From assembly GCA_965660855.1 (NCBI GenBank), contig CBFIBM010000007.1, forward strand, positions 1 to 64,000: a stretch of 64,000 bases of DNA, read 5' to 3'. Shown piece after piece: positions 30,701-40,937 of this stretch; within the stretch, counting starts at the first letter, position 1, and every line of letters begins with the position of its first letter. Origin of the DNA: an uncultured bacterium. Lineage in GTDB: Bacteria > Fidelibacterota > Marinisomatia > Marinisomatales > UBA1611. The position numbers were made by a program, and so were the translations under genes. Under the pieces are notes generated by a model. It had not been told where the DNA came from and searched no databases. It saw only the letters and a list, made by a program, of their open reading frames with translations.

Positions 30701-31774
30701 TTAATATGACGAATTTATAATTGCGCCACCCAAGCAGGTTTGATTATCATAGAATACTATTGACTGACCATTTGCTACGGCAAATTGCTTTTCCTCAAAC
30801 TCAACAATTATTTTGTCAGGATCGTCATTGATTAACTTACAGGAGTAGTCACTAGCGCGATATCGAACTTTTGCTTTAAGATTGTTAATTCTTTCTGGCT
30901 GATTCCCATTTATCCAATGGATATTAGAAATGGTAATATATTTTTTGTATAAAAGTGGATGATCGTTCCCTTGCCCAACTATCAATTCATTTGAATTAAT
31001 ATTTTTATCTATAACATACCAAGGTTTCGAATTATTACTATCAATTCCGCCAATGTTTAATCCTTTTCTTTGTCCAACAGTATGGAACATTAAGCCCTCA
31101 TGTTCTCCTATCAATTTTCCACTATCAGTTATAATATTGCCTGAGCATGCGGGTAGATATTGCTTTAAAAAGCTTTTAAAGTCTCGTTGTCCAATAAAGC
31201 AGATTCCGACACTATCTTTTTTGTTAAAATTATGAAAGCCCTTTTTCTTAGCATATTCTCTAACTTGATTTTTATTTAATTCTCCTAAAGGGAATATTGA
31301 TTTTGATAATTGATTTTGATTTAAACTATGTAAAAAATAGCTTTGGTCTTTTTGGGTATCTTTTCCTTTTAAAAGTTGAAAATAGTTTTTCGAATGTTCA
31401 CTACGTACATAATGTCCAGTTGCGATTTTATCTGCCCCTAGATTGATAGCATAGTTCAAAAATTCTTTAAATTTTATTTCCGTATTACACATAATATCAG
31501 GATTAGGTGTCCGGCCAGATTTATATTCATCTAAAAAATATTGGAATACCTTATCCCAATATTCTTTAGCAAAATTAACACTTCTTAATGGAATATTTAG
31601 TTTATCACAGATTTGAAGAGCATCTTTATAATCCTGTTCAACTGTACAGTATTCAGGATCTTCCTCCCAATTTTTCATAAAAATTGCTTCAACATTATAG
31701 CCTTTATCTATCAGTATTGAAGCTGCAACTGCACTATCGACACCTCCGCTTACTCCAACAGCAACCTGTTCCAT
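30701..31774 (-). CDS. mnmA: tRNA 2-thiouridine(34) synthase
   Basis: SGGVDS, TPNPDIMCN, ATGHY, KDQSYFL, DSVGICF. Confidence 0.97.
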   Translation of the reverse strand: MEQVAVGVSGGVDSAVAASILIDKGYNVEAIFMKNWEEDPEYCTVEQDYKDALQICDKLNIPLRSVNFAKEYWDKVFQYFLDEYKSGRTPNPDIMCNTEIKFKEFLNYAINLGADKIATGHYVRSEHSKNYFQLLKGKDTQKDQSYFLHSLNQNQLSKSIFPLGELNKNQVREYAKKKGFHNFNKKDSVGICFIGQRDFKSFLKQYLPACSGNIITDSGKLIGEHEGLMFHTVGQRKGLNIGGIDSNNSKPWYVIDKNINSNELIVGQGNDHPLLYKKYITISNIHWINGNQPERINNLKAKVRYRASDYSCKLINDDPDKIIVEFEEKQFAVANGQSIVFYDNQTCLGGAIINSSY

Positions 31775-32889
31775 TAGTTATTTAATATTTTAGACAAACT
31801 TCTTACTAGAAATTCAACTTCACTAAGAGTATTTGTTGAGCCAAAACTAATTCTTAATGAAGATAAATTTAGGCTTTCTTCTACGCCAATTTCACTCAAT
31901 ACTTTGGATGGTTTGGGGCTACCTGAACCGCATGCTGATCCACTTGATACTGCAATATTTAATCGATCTAATTTTGCTAGTAGGATATCTGCCCTAAATC
32001 CAGGAAATGAGATATTAACTAGGCCTGGGAGTGTTTTTTCTGATTTGCTATTAAGTTTAAATTCAGAAAATTCTTTCTTTAATTCATTTATAAAATAAGC
32101 TTGAAGCATTTTGAGTTTTTGTGAATTTTTTTCTAAGTTTTTACAACAAATTTCAGCTGCTAATCCTGCCCCAGCGATAGAAGCTACGTTTTCTGTACCA
32201 CCTCGAAGTCCACTTTCTTGACTACCACCAATTATAAAACTCTCAATTGTTTTTTTATCTTTAACATAAAGAATACCAATCCCTTTTGGGCCATAAAATT
32301 TATGAGCTGAAAGACTTAAAAAGTCGATATCCAAATCCTTCGTATCAATTGAAATTTTGCCAAGGCATTGAACGGCATCCGTATGCATTAATATATTTTT
32401 ATCACGTATTAATTTTATAATTGATTTTATAGGTTGAATAGTACCTATTTCGTTATTTGACATCATTACTGAGACTAATTTAGTCCTTGGGGTAATACAT
32501 TTATCCAATTCATTTAAATTAACTAATCCATTATTATCAACATTAACTAAAGAGTAATCTAAACCAAGTAATTTAAGATGTTTTAAAACTTTTATAACTG
32601 CAGGGTGTTCAATGGTATTAGATATAACATGAGAATTCGATTTTTTTAGCATTGACCATAAAACTTGATTGTTTGATTCTGTTCCACCACTAGTAAAAAT
32701 AATTTGTTCAGGATTCGCATTAATAGCAGCGGCAATTTTAAATCGAGATTTTTCAATAATTGATTTTGCTTTTCTACCAGCAGTATAGACAGAGGAAGGA
32801 TTACCATAAAAGTCTTTTTGGGTTTTATTTATCAACTCCATTACCTCTGGGTTTAATGGTGTTGTAGCACTATGATCAAAGTAGAACAT
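31774..32889 (-). CDS. cysteine desulfurase (IscS/NifS family)
   Basis: DHSATT, SGGTE, HTDAVQ, SAHKFYGPKG, SSGSAC; adjacent to mnmA. Confidence 0.95.
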   Translation of the reverse strand: MFYFDHSATTPLNPEVMELINKTQKDFYGNPSSVYTAGRKAKSIIEKSRFKIAAAINANPEQIIFTSGGTESNNQVLWSMLKKSNSHVISNTIEHPAVIKVLKHLKLLGLDYSLVNVDNNGLVNLNELDKCITPRTKLVSVMMSNNEIGTIQPIKSIIKLIRDKNILMHTDAVQCLGKISIDTKDLDIDFLSLSAHKFYGPKGIGILYVKDKKTIESFIIGGSQESGLRGGTENVASIAGAGLAAEICCKNLEKNSQKLKMLQAYFINELKKEFSEFKLNSKSEKTLPGLVNISFPGFRADILLAKLDRLNIAVSSGSACGSGSPKPSKVLSEIGVEESLNLSSLRISFGSTNTLSEVEFLVRSLSKILNN

Positions 32890-32927
32890 TTAAAATATCT
32901 TAGAGCTTTATTATTATACCAGTAGGT

Positions 32928-33704
32928 TTATAAATCGTTTCTAATAGATGCAAACTTTAAAGTGTTCTTTAAGTTTTGATAAAAAGGAGGTTTTCTTTCT
33001 TCTAATTTTTTTGCAGTTAAACTTGTATCATAATCGTATCGTTTAACATCCCAATTAATCCCTTTGTCTGAAACAGTTAAAAAAGCAACAGCTCCTCTTG
33101 GATCGCGATCAAAAGGTAAACCAGTTGCACCTTGACAAAGAATTGTAAGGTTTTCGATAGTATGATTTCTTGGAACATGAACATGGCCGTGGACAAAAAC
33201 AATTTTCTCTATATTTGGATTGGCTTCTATTACCTCATCTCTCCATTTGAGGCCTTCGGTCGCTGATGGGGGCTTATCATCTCTTTTAAACCACGCATGA
33301 TTGAATTCAATTAGTGTATTTCCAATTATTTCTCTGTGCGCTATTTTCATTTCTTTACAAAAATTAATTCCTTGTATTCCAATTTGTTCAGCAGTCCATT
33401 TCTCGTTTTGTACTATTGCTTTAGTAATCGGATCGTCGGGGTCCATGCCTTCTAAAGTAGGACTTTTATCTTCCCAGAGACGTTCAACGAGGTATCGATC
33501 ATGATTTCCTCTAATAAAAATACAGTTTTTTAAATCTTGGAGTATTTCCAATGTCTTTTCTGGCTCGGGTCCTAAAGCAAAACAATCTCCTAAGCAAATT
33601 AATTGATCAATACTACCGTATTCTTCAATTATTGCAAGTGATGATTTTAAAGATTCTAAATTAGAATGGATATCAGTGATTATTGCAAAGGTCTTAGCTT
33701 TCAT
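32928..33704 (-). CDS. metallophosphoesterase family protein
   Basis: DIHSN, LGD, RGNHD, H, GHVH. Confidence 0.88.
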   Translation of the reverse strand: MKAKTFAIITDIHSNLESLKSSLAIIEEYGSIDQLICLGDCFALGPEPEKTLEILQDLKNCIFIRGNHDRYLVERLWEDKSPTLEGMDPDDPITKAIVQNEKWTAEQIGIQGINFCKEMKIAHREIIGNTLIEFNHAWFKRDDKPPSATEGLKWRDEVIEANPNIEKIVFVHGHVHVPRNHTIENLTILCQGATGLPFDRDPRGAVAFLTVSDKGINWDVKRYDYDTSLTAKKLEERKPPFYQNLKNTLKFASIRNDL

Positions 33705-33846
33705 GTTACTAAAATATACTTTTTTTAGATTCGGATGGTCAAGATTTAAATTTATAATGAAATTATATTCACATTTGGGTGAGTTTAGATAATTGTTTAA
33801 TTTACAATAGTAACATAATTATCTTAATTCAAATTAAAAAAATATC

Positions 33847-34746
33847 TTGAAACCAAAATCTATCCTTTTACTGGGATCAATTGCACTAGATACAATCAAA
33901 ACTAAATATGGTGAAGAAGCCGATCTAATTGGAGGATCTGCAACTTATGCAGCGATTTCTTCAAGCTTATTTACTAAAGTAAATTTGGTTGGAATCATTG
34001 GAGATGATTTTCCTGATAAAGGAAAAGAAATATTAAAAAACTCGTGTAATTCAATTAAAGATTTGATAATTGAAAAGGGGAAAACATTTAGATGGGGAGG
34101 AGAGTATCATGAAAATGGAGATGATAGAAAAACTCTTTTTACTGATTTAGGTGTTTTTGAGAATTTTTCTCCACAATTATCATCTGAAAATTCAAATCCA
34201 GATTTTATTTTTTTAGCAAACATTCATCCCGAATTACAACTATCAGTGCTGAATCAATGTAAAAGTAACCCGTTTGTTATAACAGATACAATGAACCTCT
34301 GGATTGATATAGCTGGGGATTCGTTAGAAAAAGTATTGAGATTAACAGACCTGTTACTTATAAATCAATCTGAAGTATATGATTTAACTAAAATTAAAAA
34401 TGTAGAACTATCCATAAAAAAGATATTTGAAATGGGTCCAAAAAAAGTGTTAGTTAAATATGGAAGTAAAGGGTCTACTATTTATGATATTGATGGAACC
34501 GTTTTCTCAGTTGGTGTTGTTGATATTCCTAAAGTGATCGATCCTACTGGTGCAGGTGATAGTTATGGTGGAGGACTTTTAAGTGGTCTTGCTGAAGGGC
34601 TAACAATTAAAGATTCAATGTTTAGAGGAACAGTTATGGCTTCATTTTGTATCGAAGACTTTGGTATTAAATCAATATATAATTTGAATATTGATAAGGT
34701 TAACGAGAGAATAACAACTTTAAGAAAAGCAGAGGAATATGTTTAA
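33847..34746 (+). CDS. PfkB family carbohydrate/nucleoside kinase
   Basis: GGSATY and DPTGAGDSYGGG. Confidence 0.92.
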   Translation: MKPKSILLLGSIALDTIKTKYGEEADLIGGSATYAAISSSLFTKVNLVGIIGDDFPDKGKEILKNSCNSIKDLIIEKGKTFRWGGEYHENGDDRKTLFTDLGVFENFSPQLSSENSNPDFIFLANIHPELQLSVLNQCKSNPFVITDTMNLWIDIAGDSLEKVLRLTDLLLINQSEVYDLTKIKNVELSIKKIFEMGPKKVLVKYGSKGSTIYDIDGTVFSVGVVDIPKVIDPTGAGDSYGGGLLSGLAEGLTIKDSMFRGTVMASFCIEDFGIKSIYNLNIDKVNERITTLRKAEEYV

Positions 34747-34794
34747 TAGATTATATTTTTTATAATTAGATAAATAATTATCAGAGAGGAATGA

Positions 34795-35910
34795 ATGTTA
34801 AAAAAGAATACTATATTTTTTTCAGTTTGTTTAGTAATGAGTGCAATTTTTATATCGTGCTCTAGCCAAGAATACACTACTGCAAAGCTAGCTGTTCAGC
34901 AATCAGATTTTAAAAAAGCTGCAGAATGGCTGCCAAAAGCAATGGCTGTGGAGCCAGATAATCCAGAGATACCAATAGTTATGGCAGTAGAAATATATGC
35001 AGAAAATGATCAGTGGGCGGACTTTACTGATATGTTCAATAAAGCGATGTCTATCAACCCAGAAAAGATTATTGAAGTTAGAGGAGCTTTTGCCCCAGTG
35101 GAAGATGCTGTAAAAAATTATACCGAATTTTATTGGGCAAAAGAGTTTAATTCTGGAGTAGAGCAATTTAAAAAAATACAAGATGACCCTGAGAATAAAA
35201 TTAGTCATCTTGAAACTGCTATATTACACTTTACTAATGCATCAATTATTAATCCAAAAGATGTTAATACACATGTTACCTTAGCAAAGTGTTATTTTGA
35301 TAAAGGGGATGAAAAATCAGCTAAAGAATCAGCTATCTCTGCAGTAGAAACAAACCCGGATAGTTTTGATGCAAATTTTGGAGCAGCACAAATTCTTGGC
35401 AGGGTAGGCTTGTCTTCGTCAAATTTGTTACCTTATTATCAGAAAGCAGTCCTAATACAGCCTTCAAATAGTAGAGCACTAAGAGAATTAGCAAGTACTT
35501 ATTATGACTTGGGCCAGAAAGATAAGTCAATTAGTGTATTTGAGGATGCTATAATTAATGAGAAAGATGAAATTGTAAAAGCTGATTTATATTTTAATTT
35601 AGGGGTAATACACAATCAAACTGGTAATTATGAAGAAGCAGAGAAGTCTTTTGACGAAGCATTTTATTTAAATGAAGATGATTTTGAAGCCGCTCTTGGT
35701 ATGGCACGTGCTTATGAAGGGTTAGGTGATAACTTTTTAAATGGTTCTGAGGGTTTTGAAAAAGATTTGGATAAAGCAGCTAGATGGTTTCGAAAAGCTG
35801 AAAAGAAAATTAAATCAGTAATGATTATAGATATTGACAATAAAGATATTTATAAGAAAAACTTAGATATTATTAGGTTTAAAAGAGATATAGCAGAAGG
35901 AGTGAGTTAA
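34795..35910 (+). CDS. TPR-repeat lipoprotein
   Basis: Lipobox FISC and multiple TPR-like helices. Confidence 0.8.
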   Translation: MLKKNTIFFSVCLVMSAIFISCSSQEYTTAKLAVQQSDFKKAAEWLPKAMAVEPDNPEIPIVMAVEIYAENDQWADFTDMFNKAMSINPEKIIEVRGAFAPVEDAVKNYTEFYWAKEFNSGVEQFKKIQDDPENKISHLETAILHFTNASIINPKDVNTHVTLAKCYFDKGDEKSAKESAISAVETNPDSFDANFGAAQILGRVGLSSSNLLPYYQKAVLIQPSNSRALRELASTYYDLGQKDKSISVFEDAIINEKDEIVKADLYFNLGVIHNQTGNYEEAEKSFDEAFYLNEDDFEAALGMARAYEGLGDNFLNGSEGFEKDLDKAARWFRKAEKKIKSVMIIDIDNKDIYKKNLDIIRFKRDIAEGVS

Positions 35911-35914
35911 GGTT

Positions 35915-36817
35915 TCAAATTAATCGGTTCCGCTTGTCTAAATAGTTTGTAATGCATTCTCTTAAGTTTTTATTTGTTATTACAGGAATATAATCGATTA
36001 ATAGTTGGTTACACTCCCTCTTGAATCTATCTTGTCTTTCTTTAACTATTTGCATATAATTTTCTCTAATATGCCATGGATCTGTGATTATTTCTTCTTC
36101 AGTTTCCATGTCAATAAATTTAGAGCGCTCATTAAAATTAAAGTAGACTTCTTCTTTATCTAAAATATGAAAAACGATGACTTCTTGTTTTCTATGGCGA
36201 AAATGCTTTAAACCATTTATAATTTTTGTTGGATCATCTAATAAATCAGATATTAAAATTATTAATCCTCGTTTATTAATCCTTTCTGCCATTTCATGTA
36301 AGACTGGCTCAATGTTAGTATCTGATCCTTTAGAATTATCGCTTAATTTTCCGATTATTGTTTTGAGATGGCTTCTTTTCGCTTTAGGCGATATGAAAGT
36401 ATTAATCCTATCAGAAAACTGAATAAGCCCTACAGCATCTTGCTGGTTAATCATTAAATATGCCAATGAGGCTAAAAGTGAGTTTGAATAGTTGATTTTT
36501 GAAACCTTTCCACTGGAGAATGACATAGACTTACTATTATCTAATATGATATAAGTTTTGAGATTTGTTTCTTCTTCATATCTTTTAATATATAGACGGT
36601 CTGTTTTTCCATATAATTTCCAATCGATATTTCTGATTTCATCACCTAAATCGTAAGCTTTATGTTCGGCAAACTCTACTGAAAACCCATGATAAGGGCT
36701 GCGATGTTTTCCAATTATATAACCCTCTACAATTAATCGAGCTCTGAGTGCAATAGAGCTAATTGTAGATACAATTTCTGGATCTAAATACTTTCTTTTG
36801 TCTTTATAATTAGACAT
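35915..36817 (-). CDS. DUF58 domain protein
   Basis: G.HRSPYHGFSVEFAEH, IDWK, YEEETN, D.S.SM, ISDL. Confidence 0.92.
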   Translation of the reverse strand: MSNYKDKRKYLDPEIVSTISSIALRARLIVEGYIIGKHRSPYHGFSVEFAEHKAYDLGDEIRNIDWKLYGKTDRLYIKRYEEETNLKTYIILDNSKSMSFSSGKVSKINYSNSLLASLAYLMINQQDAVGLIQFSDRINTFISPKAKRSHLKTIIGKLSDNSKGSDTNIEPVLHEMAERINKRGLIILISDLLDDPTKIINGLKHFRHRKQEVIVFHILDKEEVYFNFNERSKFIDMETEEEIITDPWHIRENYMQIVKERQDRFKRECNQLLIDYIPVITNKNLRECITNYLDKRNRLI

Positions 36818-37809
36818 TATTCAGGATAAGCTTCAATTAGCTTCTCCAAAATATCATCTATTTTCAACCCCTCTGCTTCAGCATTAAAATTAGGTAGGAC
36901 TCGATGTCTTAGAATGGGTGGGATTAGCATATGAATATCCTTGATATCGGGTGTTGGCCTTCCATCTAGAAGAGCTTTTGCTTTTGCGGCAAGAATCAGA
37001 TATTGAGATGCTCTTGGTCCCGCACCCCAGTCAACTGAATTCTTTATAAATTCCAAGTCAGAGGAAGCTGGTCTTGTTGCTGATACAATTTTTACTGCAT
37101 AATTTACAACATTGTCCGAGACTGGTACTCTCCTCACTAAATCTTGGTAATTAGTAATTTGATTTCTGGTAAGAACTGGATTAATTATTTTTTTTTCTTC
37201 TGACGTTGTATTTCTCACTATTTCTATTTCATCTTCGAGTTTCGGATAGTCTATTTTTAGGTTAAACATAAAGCGGTCTAGTTGCGCTTCAGGTAGAGGG
37301 TAAGTACCTTCTTGTTCAATTGGATTTTGGGTAGCAAGAACAAAAAAAGGTTCTTCTAAATTATAACTATTTCCGCCTGCCGTGACTCTATGTTCTTGCA
37401 TTGCCTCAAGCAATGCAGCCTGAGTTTTTGGAGGTGTCCTGTTTATTTCATCTGCAAGAACAATGTTTGCAAATACGGGTCCTTTAAAAAATCTAAATGA
37501 TCTCTTTCCAGTTTCTTGATCAATATCAATCAATTCAGTTCCAGTTATATCACTAGGCATTAGGTCTGGAGTGAATTGGATTCTTTTAAATGTCAAGTCT
37601 AGAACCTCTGACAAAGTTTGAATAATTAGAGTTTTAGCAAGGCCTGGAACTCCAACTAATAAAGAATGCCCTTTGGCTAAGATTGCTATAAGCATTAAAT
37701 CTAGGATCTCTTTTTGCCCAACAATAATTTTTCCTGCCTCTTTGAAAAAAAGTTTTTTAGAGTTAATTAGTTGTTCAAGTAATTCTAAGTCGTCAATTTT
37801 TTGATTCAT
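36817..37809 (-). CDS. MoxR family AAA+ ATPase
   Basis: GVPGLAKT, RIQFTPDLMPSD, DEINR, ATQNPIEQEGTYPLPEAQLDRF. Confidence 0.95.
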   Translation of the reverse strand: MNQKIDDLELLEQLINSKKLFFKEAGKIIVGQKEILDLMLIAILAKGHSLLVGVPGLAKTLIIQTLSEVLDLTFKRIQFTPDLMPSDITGTELIDIDQETGKRSFRFFKGPVFANIVLADEINRTPPKTQAALLEAMQEHRVTAGGNSYNLEEPFFVLATQNPIEQEGTYPLPEAQLDRFMFNLKIDYPKLEDEIEIVRNTTSEEKKIINPVLTRNQITNYQDLVRRVPVSDNVVNYAVKIVSATRPASSDLEFIKNSVDWGAGPRASQYLILAAKAKALLDGRPTPDIKDIHMLIPPILRHRVLPNFNAEAEGLKIDDILEKLIEAYPE

Positions 37810-37940
37810 ATTTGATTGCTTTATTTATATAATGATTTGAAAATTAAGCAACACAAGATACCCTACAAAGAAAGAAAAAGAATTTAATTTTAAATAATTT
37901 AGTATTTGAGATTAACAAGTCTTTGTTCAAATTCAGGAAT

Positions 37941-38978
37941 ATGCAAAACCTCATAGATAAACCAATTGTCGGACAATCAAGAAAAGAGCTAGAAAATGCA
38001 TTAGTTTCTATTAATGAAAAGTCATTTAGGGGAAGACAGATATTTGATTGGATTTATAAAAAACAAATTTATGACTTTACAAAAATGTCAGATTTACCAA
38101 GTCATCTTCGTGAAAAGTTAAAATCAAAAAAAATACATCCTTTGAATCTCATCAAGGGTAAAAATAGTAGTACAAAAAAAACAAAGAAATTCCTCTTTCA
38201 ATTGGGTACTGGTGAGCAAGTCGAATCGGTTCTAATGGAACATGGAGATAGAAATACTATATGTCTATCAACACAAGTTGGTTGTGCAGTAGATTGTGGT
38301 TTTTGCGCGACAGCGAAAATGGGATTTATAAAAAATTTAACTGTAGGAGAGATAATTGACCAATTCATACAACTTAGGCAGATAAGTAATAAAAAAATTA
38401 CAAATGTTGTTTTTATGGGAATGGGAGAACCTTTTTTAAATTATAGAAATACAATCTCTGCTGCAGAACTATTAAATAATTCTAATGGAATTAACATGGC
38501 TGCATGGAGGATTACAATTTCTACTTCAGGTATAATAAATAAAATAAATCAATTTACAGAAGAAAAGCAGCCTTATAAGTTAGCAATCAGTCTAAACGGT
38601 ATCTCGCAGAGCCAAAGATTAAAAACAATGCCAATCACAAAAAATCAAACATTTTCAAACTTACTCATTGCCGCAAAAAACTATGCATATAACTCCAGGA
38701 AAAAAGTGACATTTGAATATGTTTTGTTAGATGGAATAAATGATCAACCATCTGACGGAAGAAAATTAATGAGAATTTTAAACAATACTAATTGTAAATT
38801 AAATGTCATTCCATATAATGAAATTAATGGAGAGTATAAGCGACCTAGTGAGACGACAATTAATAACTTTTTAGATAGTTTGAAAAATGCAATGTTTCCA
38901 GTTACTGTGAGGTGGAGTAAAGGTCAAGACATTGACGCTGGTTGTGGACAATTAGTGACCGCAATTGGTAAGATATGA
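37941..38978 (+). CDS. rlmN: 23S rRNA/tRNA m2A methyltransferase
   Basis: CxxxCxxC, MGMGEP, EYV, AGCGQL. Confidence 0.95.
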   Translation: MQNLIDKPIVGQSRKELENALVSINEKSFRGRQIFDWIYKKQIYDFTKMSDLPSHLREKLKSKKIHPLNLIKGKNSSTKKTKKFLFQLGTGEQVESVLMEHGDRNTICLSTQVGCAVDCGFCATAKMGFIKNLTVGEIIDQFIQLRQISNKKITNVVFMGMGEPFLNYRNTISAAELLNNSNGINMAAWRITISTSGIINKINQFTEEKQPYKLAISLNGISQSQRLKTMPITKNQTFSNLLIAAKNYAYNSRKKVTFEYVLLDGINDQPSDGRKLMRILNNTNCKLNVIPYNEINGEYKRPSETTINNFLDSLKNAMFPVTVRWSKGQDIDAGCGQLVTAIGKI

Positions 38979-39766
38979 AATCTATTAAAAAAGATACAAT
39001 TAAATTTATAAAAGCTAATTTAAAATTTTCTGGAGATACCGCTATAATTCTTGGTTCTGGATTAGGGCATATATCGGATCTAGTTGAGAAAAGAAGATCT
39101 ATCAAATATGGAAAAATACCAAACTATCCAGAATCTACAATTGAAGGACATGCTGGAGAATTGGTATCTGGAATAATTCAAGGTAAACAGATCCTTATTG
39201 CAAATGGTAGATTTCACCTTTATGAAGGATATAGTAGAGAACAAATACTTTATCCTTTCAAAATTTTTAAGGATTTAGGTATAAAAAACATTATAATTAC
39301 AAATTCTTCAGGGAGTTTAAATAAGAATTACTCCCCAGGCACAATAATTATGATTGATAAGCATTTTAACTTATCTTTCCAAGAGGATTATAAGGATCCT
39401 AAAATAAATGAAGGAAATGAATTCTATTCAAAATATTTATTAGAAATAGCAGTAGCAGCAGCAGCTTCAACAAATATTAAATTTTTGAAAGGAACTTATT
39501 GTTGGGTTTTAGGACCGATGTATGAGACTCCAGAAGAAATTTATTATTTCCGCTCTTTAGGAGGTGATGCCGTTGGTATGAGTGGTGTTCCTGAAGTAGA
39601 AATATGCAAACAGTTTGATTTTTCAGTTTTAATGATATCAAATTTGACTAATTATGCAGCGGGTATCTCTGACAAAAAATTAACACATGAAGACGTTATA
39701 TCTAATGCTTTGAATAATAAAGGAACACTGACAAATTTTTTATTGAACTTAATTAAGAGATTATGA
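38975..39766 (+). CDS. purine-nucleoside phosphorylase
   Basis: ILGSGLG, GHAG, GRFHLYEG, GP.YET, AVGMS, TN.AAG. Confidence 0.93.
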   Translation: MKSIKKDTIKFIKANLKFSGDTAIILGSGLGHISDLVEKRRSIKYGKIPNYPESTIEGHAGELVSGIIQGKQILIANGRFHLYEGYSREQILYPFKIFKDLGIKNIIITNSSGSLNKNYSPGTIIMIDKHFNLSFQEDYKDPKINEGNEFYSKYLLEIAVAAAASTNIKFLKGTYCWVLGPMYETPEEIYYFRSLGGDAVGMSGVPEVEICKQFDFSVLMISNLTNYAAGISDKKLTHEDVISNALNNKGTLTNFLLNLIKRL

Positions 39767-39770
39767 AGTT

Positions 39771-40937
39771 ATGAAAATTCGAAAAGAAATTAAAAAAATT
39801 GAAGATCAAATAATTAATTGGAGAAGATACTTCCATCAGAATCCAGAATTAGGTTTTAAAGAATTCAGTACTGCTGAAAAAATATTTAATGATTTAAAAA
39901 AAATGGGTTTAAATCCAAAAAAGAACATCGGTAAAACTGGAGTTATAGCTGATTTAATATTTGGCGAAGGTCCTATGGTTGCTTTTAGAGCTGACATGGA
40001 TGCACTTCCAATACAAGAAACAAGTGGATTGAGTTTTTCTTCAAAAAATGATGGAGTTATGCATGCATGTGGGCATGACGGACATATGGCGATGCTTCTA
40101 GCAACTGCAAAAGTTTTGACTGAAAATAAAAAATATCATAACTATGGATCTATTCGATTTATTTTTCAACCTGCAGAAGAAGGCTTTGGAGGAGCTAAAT
40201 ATATGATTGAAGATGGAGTTCTTGATGGAGTTGATGAAATTTATGGTATACACCTCTGGAATTATCAACCTTTTGGTGAAGTTGGGGTGAAAGAAGGGCC
40301 TATAATGGCTGCAGCAGATAAATTTAGTATTAAAGTTAGGGGTGTTGGAGGTCATGGAGCAGCTCCTCAAGGGACTGTTGATTCAATTATAGTTGCTTCT
40401 CAACTTGTTCAGACTCTCCAAACTATAGTTAGCAGAAATATAAACCCTATAGACAGTGCTGTTATTACAATTGGAAAGATTAATGGTGGTAATAATTTTA
40501 ATGTTATCGCTGACGAAGTTGATTTAATTGGTACAGTTAGAGCATATACAGAAAAAAATAGAGACTTATTGAAGCAGAGGATGGGTGAAATAGTTAATGG
40601 CGTTTCAAGAAGCTTTAATTCTAAGATTGATTTTAATTATATTGACTGCTACCCACCAACAATTAATCATAAAAAACAATCAGAGACTGTTTTAGAAGCT
40701 GCTAAAATTGTTGTTGGTGAAAAAGCAGGAGAGCCATATTTATCAATGGGAGGTGAGGATTTTGCATATTATCTACAAAAAAAACCTGGATGTTTCTTTT
40801 TTGTAGGCTCTGCTCCTAATAAAAAATCTTTATTTGAAACACCACACCATTGCTCACATTTTGATATGGATGAAAAGGCACTGCTAATAGGACCTTCGAT
40901 ATTTTTAAATATCGTAGATAATTTATTTAGAAATTAA
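39771..40937 (+). CDS. M20D family amidohydrolase
   Basis: RADMDAL, MHACGHDGH, FQPAEE, GGHGA, EDF. Confidence 0.92.
   Translation: MKIRKEIKKIEDQIINWRRYFHQNPELGFKEFSTAEKIFNDLKKMGLNPKKNIGKTGVIADLIFGEGPMVAFRADMDALPIQETSGLSFSSKNDGVMHACGHDGHMAMLLATAKVLTENKKYHNYGSIRFIFQPAEEGFGGAKYMIEDGVLDGVDEIYGIHLWNYQPFGEVGVKEGPIMAAADKFSIKVRGVGGHGAAPQGTVDSIIVASQLVQTLQTIVSRNINPIDSAVITIGKINGGNNFNVIADEVDLIGTVRAYTEKNRDLLKQRMGEIVNGVSRSFNSKIDFNYIDCYPPTINHKKQSETVLEAAKIVVGEKAGEPYLSMGGEDFAYYLQKKPGCFFFVGSAPNKKSLFETPHHCSHFDMDEKALLIGPSIFLNIVDNLFRN

Noticed and set aside
35915..37809. MoxR-DUF58 as a novel system
   Set aside because: Common, well-known gene pair; vWA partners are probably elsewhere in the genome.
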